DNA of 27,477 bases from Macrostomum lignano (taxonomy: Eukaryota), in NCBI GenBank assembly GCA_002269645.1, contig NIVC01005060.1, forward strand, positions 1-27,477, written 5' to 3'. Positions within the stretch are counted from its first letter, which is position 1. Each line of letters begins with the position of its first letter. The notes under the pieces are model-generated. The model was not told the origin of the DNA, did not search any database, and saw nothing but the letters and a program-made list of their open reading frames with translations. Both the position numbers and the translations under genes were made by a program. Shown one piece after another: positions 20,155 to 27,477 of the stretch.

Positions 20155-23100
20155 ATGTCGCGACTGTCAAATTCAGTGTGCATTCGCGTCTTTTTAGCCT
20201 TATTTTTTTCGTTTGTTGTCTACTACAATGAGAAGCACATTGTCTTTGGAGATGATTTAACGGAAAGCAGCATTTTTACTGGAAAGTACACTATGCTAAC
20301 AAATTTGAACATTGTAAGTATCTTTATTATTTATTAGTAAATATTTAAGTAGAAGATGAAGTCTACTGTATACTGTGTTCAATTGTGTTTGGTTTGTACC
20401 TGTAGTATAGTTATAATTTTTTAAACTGGATATTGCAGTTCTGCCCAATTCAACTTGCCTTTTCTTTTGTGCCAATGTATACTATTGTCTAACTAATCAA
20501 ACTTCTTATTATGCTCAATCTTATCTGCTAAGTAAAGACATTTTCTTATTAGGGTTTTATATAATATAATTGTTGTTCTTTATAAGTATTTTTTATGTTC
20601 CATTGAACGTAAAAAACAATTGAGTAAATTATATTATTTTCAAAATTGTTTTATTAGTTTCATATATTAATTATAATAAACTATATATTATTGCTATATT
20701 TGGCCCTATTATGTAGCATATTTCTAGGATTATTTAAATATATTGCCTCTTTAAATTTCATAATAATAGTAATTTAATAATAGGGGCCTATGTAGTTTCT
20801 ATATTTTAAAACGTAGTTGATAGATTTTTAATTTCAATTTATAATTTTTTTTATAATTGATATATAGTGCTTTTAAACATTCTGTAACAGCCTGCACTAT
20901 ATTGCATTGCCACAACTGCATTGCTTGCACTCCATAGTCAGGAAGGTGGCCTTTTTCGTTGAAAATTCCAGTGTGCATTGGCATAGCCAAAGATATTCGG
21001 CTGCCTTGCAACAGTTGGCATAAATTCAACATATGCCGTGTATTCCGTAGCTGTAGAGACCTCGAAACTATAATATTCCCGTAGTTCCATAGCTGTAGCC
21101 ATAGTTTTAACAAAAAGTCTAAAAAACAAAATATTTTGAATCAAGAAGATAACCTAGTGCTTAAACAACTGCAAATTAAACTAGAAAATAAAAGAAACAC
21201 TTAATTGTTTTTGTAAGATTATATTTCATATTTTTTTAGAGCAACAATACTTAAAATTGTTATTAAAAGTACTAACGCTAAAGTTTTTCACATTAATAAA
21301 AATTAGAATTTGCTAGTGCTTTATTGTATTTTTTAGGTATATTTTATAAGTTTCAAGGTTGATAATACATTTTACTAAAAGTATATTTGTTTTACTCTAC
21401 CTGTTTCTAATATTTTTTCAATTTTTAACATTGATAACTATGGCTACGGGAATCTATGGAATGTGACAGCAACTACCATATTTCTGTAGTTGTAGCCATA
21501 AGAGCAGCTAGCTACCATAGGCATATCCGTAGCTGCTATAGGCACCTATTTTACCGTATTTGCCAGCTATGGTGGAACACTAATAAGAATCTAGTAGAAT
21601 TTGACTTTAGGTGAAATATATTAGTTTATCTATAGTTAGGAAGGCAACATGTACACTGGGATTTCTTGGTGTACAACAAGGATCTTATCATTTTTTGCAT
21701 ACACCAGGGTATATCCTAGTGTACATGACACAGCAGATACATTGAGAGTCAAATGACAAATTTTGTATATTGGTGCATAAACCTGGCTTACAGATGAGGT
21801 CTTGTCATTTTTTCTGGCATTAAACTTGGGGTACACTAATATACAATCCCAACTATGGATTAGTATTGCAATAATTTAAAATAAACTAGCTATTTTGACA
21901 TAATAATATTCTGATTTATGCTATATTCAATTTTAGATTGAAGTAAAATGGCTATTGTATACCTTAAATAATTGTATGTGAATACATGTCTGCATGATTT
22001 TTACTTTTAATTTTTTAGATATTTCTATGTGGCTGTCTAGTCTTCAGTGTCATCTGCTGCCTCCTAGACAATAGGAATATTCTGCACAAATTCAATGCAG
22101 TCCTTGCTGGTACCAGTTCGGCTGTTTCTTTAGTGAGAATTTTAATAATGTTTGTTTATTTAATATTGCTTTTACTTTTAATTTACTTCCTTTTGCAAGG
22201 TACTGTCATGATCCCATTCCTGCCTTTCGTTTCAGTTGGTCTTTGTTCTATTTTGGACACTGTTTCTAATTAATCGAGAATTGGTCTATCCAACTGAGCT
22301 AGATGAGTACATACCTGTGTGGCATAATCACGCTTTGCACACAGCTATTTTGCCAGGTAACTTATGTTAATGCCTGTTACTGGTCCTATAATATGATAAA
22401 CACAGCGGGAGATAGATAAACACAGCGGGAGATAAGATAAACACAGCGGGAGATAAGATAAACGCAGCGATAAATGAGATAAACACAGTGAGATAAGATA
22501 AACATAGCGGGAGATGAGATAAACACAGCGGGAGATGAGATAAACACAGCAAGAGATGAGATAAACATAGCGGGAGATAAGATAAACACAGCGGGAGATG
22601 AGATAAACACAGCGGGAGATAAACACAGCGGGAGATGAGATAAACACAGCGGGAGATAAGATAAACACAGCGGGAGATGAGATAAACACAGCAAGAGATG
22701 AGATAAACACAGCAAGAGATGAGATAAACACAGCTAGAAATGAGATAAACACAGCGGAAGATGAGATAAACACAGTGGAAGATAAGATAAACACAGCGAG
22801 AGATAAGATAAACACAGCGGGAGATAAGATAAACACAGCGGGAGATAAGATAAACACAGCGGGAGATGAGATAAACACAGCGGGAGATAAGATAAACACA
22901 GCGGGAGATGAGATAAACACAGCGGGAGATAGATAAACACAGCGGGAGATGAGATAAACACAGCAAGAGATGAGATAAACACAGCTAGAAATGAGATAAA
23001 CACAGCGGAAGATGAGATAAACACAGTGGAAGATAAGATAAACACAGCGGGAGATGAGATAAACACAGCGAGAGATAAGATAAACACAGCGAGAGATGAG

Positions 23101-23521
23101 ATAAACACAGTGGGAGATGAGATAAACACAGCATGAGATGAGATAAAAGTGCAATCCAAAGCACCTGACTCTCCGCCACCACTACCGTGCAGTCTCGCTG
23201 GTGAATTACTGTCTTCTGCCTAGCCGCGACTCACCCCGCCTATGGGTTCTGTTGCTAACCAGCATGAGCCTTGGCCTGGCTTACATAGCTTGGGTTCACG
23301 TGATCCACAGTGTCACAGGCTGGTGGGTTTATCCCATACTGGAGGTTCTCACACCCAGCCAGCGGCTGCTGTTTATCGCTGGATGCGCCGGCTCTGTTGT
23401 ACCGTTCACCTGCGCTGTGTACGCTGTTAAGTCGCGTTCAGATCAGCGTTGCTGCCCAAAGTCTGGCGACAAACCAATTGGTCGCAGTGTTGAAGCTAAA
23501 GGCGATTATAAGAAGATGTAG
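20155..23521 (+). CDS. AIG1: AIG1/ADTRP (FAR-17a/AIG1-like) multipass membrane Thr-His hydrolase, 240 aa, 4 exons
   Basis: Exons 20155..20313, 22019..22132, 22236..22356 and 23193..23521 (phases 0,0,1), total 723 nt with no break. Motifs: GKYTMLTNLN (family G..KFLT, catalytic Thr position), LFWTLFLINRELVYP, IPVWHNHALHTAILP (catalytic His position), YIAW...TGWWVYPILE. AIG1 versus ADTRP orthology cannot be resolved by eye. Confidence 0.88.
22395..23150. repeat. 21-bp minisatellite GATAAACACAGCGGGAGAT(G/A)A in AIG1 intron 3
   Basis: About 36 copies. This array produces several antisense YLISRCV and SPAVFI ORFs. Confidence 0.94.
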
Positions 23522-23714
23522 CTTGCGATTCTAAATTATAATAAGATCGGGTGTTTGGCTTCTCTGTTCTATAACTATATACTATAACAACTGCAACTAC
23601 AAGCATTGAAATCAATAACATTGTATCCTTTTAGTAGTTTCAAAACAATTAATAACAAAAAATGTTTTTCTGCGCATCCTCAGACACCTTAAGGTACTCT
23701 GTTATTCTCCATTA

Positions 23715-24330
23715 TGCACTTACACACATAAACAGGTACGTAAACACAAAAAGGTAGAGGAACAAAAACATGAAGATAAACAGACAGACAGGTAGATAAA
23801 CACAGAAAGGTAGATTAACGCACAGACAGGTAGATAGACACACAGACAGGTAGATAGACACACAGACAGGTAGATAGACACACAGACAGGTAGATAGACA
23901 CACAGACAGGTAGATAGACACGCAGACAGGTAGATAGACACACAGACAGGTAGATAGACACGCAGACAGGTAGATAAACACAAACAGGTACATAAACACA
24001 GAAAGGTAGATTAACGCACAGACAGGTAGATAGACACACAGACAGGTAGATAGACACACAGACAGGTAGATAGACACACAGACAGGTAGATAGACACACA
24101 GACAGGTAGATAAACACAAACAGGTACATAAACACAGAAAGGTAGATTAACGCACAGACAGGTAGATAGACACACAGACAGGTAGATAGACACACAGACA
24201 GGTAGATAGACACACAGACAGGTAGATAGACACGCAGACAGGTAGATAGACACACAGACAGGTAGACAGACACACAGACAGGTAGATAGACACACAGACA
24301 GATAGACACACAGACAGGTAGATAGACACA
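23715..24330. repeat. 20-bp minisatellite GACACACAGACAGGTAGATA between AIG1 and LZIC
   Basis: About 28 units with a recurring variant block (AAACACAAACAGGTACATAAACACAGAAAGGTAGATTAAC). Confidence 0.92.
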
Positions 24331-24819
24331 GAAGCAAAAGTTCTATTGCGTGAATCGTTTTCTGACTTCCGCAAGTCCGCCCTCCATTAAAAGTATGTCT
24401 GCAGCAGCAGAGCTTCAACACTTCATTTTCTGTTTACTGTAGAAGTATTTTTTTTCATTTTCAGGTCGCAGCTCTCGAGTTTACATGTAACTGCCAAGAC
24501 GCACAGAATTTTGTTTTACATTTTTTCGAGTCCATTTTCTGTTGCATTTTTTAGTTTACAGTCTACAGAATCCAGTCAAATTCTTATACTCATAGGGATT
24601 ATAAAATATTGTTTTTATTGCCAATTTCCTGTTGCCAAATACACGTTTAGCACTCGGTTTTTTGTATTATGAATTTATTGATTTACTGAATTTTTATTTC
24701 TTTAGCCCGGTAATAAAAATCGCTTGAAAAATTAGGGGTTTAAAAGTAGGTACAGAATTCTTTCCAAGCAGGGACAAAAATATGCCCTTGTTTTTTGTGG
24801 TGTAGCTATAAAATAGACA

Positions 24820-26863
<2,044 letters not shown>

Positions 26864-26924
26864 TCTGTTGCTTGATGGATGGTTCAGACTGCTTTTGAGT
26901 GGATGGTTTGCTTAAATCGATGTG

Positions 26925-27477
26925 CGTAGATTCTAGAGTGCAGTGGGTAGATTCTAGAGTAGAGTGGGTAGATTCTAGAGTAGAGTGTGGGTAGGTTCTA
27001 GAGTAGAGTGGGTAGCTAGAGTAGAGTGGGTAGATTTCTAGAGTAGAGTGGGGTAGATTCTAGAGTAGAGTGGGTAGATTCTAGAGTAGAGTGGGTAGAT
27101 TCTAGAGTGCAGTGGGTAGATTCTAGAGTAGATTGGGTAGATTCTAGAGTAGAGTGGGTAGATTCTAGAGTGCAGTGGGTAGATTCTAGAGTAGAGTGGG
27201 TAGATTCTAGAGTAGAGTGGGTAGGTTCTAGAGTAGAGTGGGTAGATTCTAGAGTAGAGTGGGTAGATTCTAGAGTAGATTGGGTAGATTCTAGAGTAGA
27301 GTGGGTAGATTCTAGAGTGCAGTGGGTAGATTCTAGAGTAGAGTGGGTAGATTCTAGAGTAGAGTGGGGTAGTTTAGAGTAGAGTGGGTAGATTTCTAGA
27401 GTAGATTGGGTAGATTCTAGAGTAGAGTGGGTTAGGTTCTAGAGTAGAGTGGGTAGATTCTAGAGTAGAGTGGGTAG
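26925..27477. repeat. 21-bp minisatellite GTAGATTCTAGAGTAGAGTGG downstream of LZIC, running off the window
   Basis: About 26 copies. This array produces the WVDSRVE ORF. Confidence 0.94.

Noticed and set aside
21040-21575. Old inverted-repeat element in AIG1 intron 1 (GTAGCCATAG / CTATGGCTAC motifs)
   Set aside because: Short inverted matches exist, but I could not define ends, TIRs or a TSD.

Overview
Eukaryotic (animal-like) genomic DNA with GC-rich exons, AT-rich spacers and a different minisatellite in most long introns and spacers. A trans-splicing invertebrate such as a flatworm is plausible, but that is inference only. Five intron-containing genes lie head-to-tail on the + strand: an acyl-CoA-binding protein (ACBP, whose 9-nt first coding exon is missed by the ORF track), an acetyl-CoA hydrolase / 4-hydroxybutyrate CoA-transferase family gene, ADHFE1 (hydroxyacid-oxoacid transhydrogenase), an AIG1/ADTRP-family membrane hydrolase, and LZIC. 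The CoA-transferase needs one extra base in three, probably four, exons. Each ATG has a splice acceptor 9-61 nt upstream, so the run may be an SL-trans-spliced operon or a hydroxy-acid/acyl-CoA metabolic cluster. At the left edge, a divergent two-exon gene absent from the ORF track encodes a signal peptide plus a Cys-rich peptide, with an in-frame TGA where a sixth Cys would fit. Two non-autonomous DNA transposons (hAT-like and Merlin-like) have recognisable TIRs and 8-bp TSDs. All gene models were assembled by hand and no database search was run.
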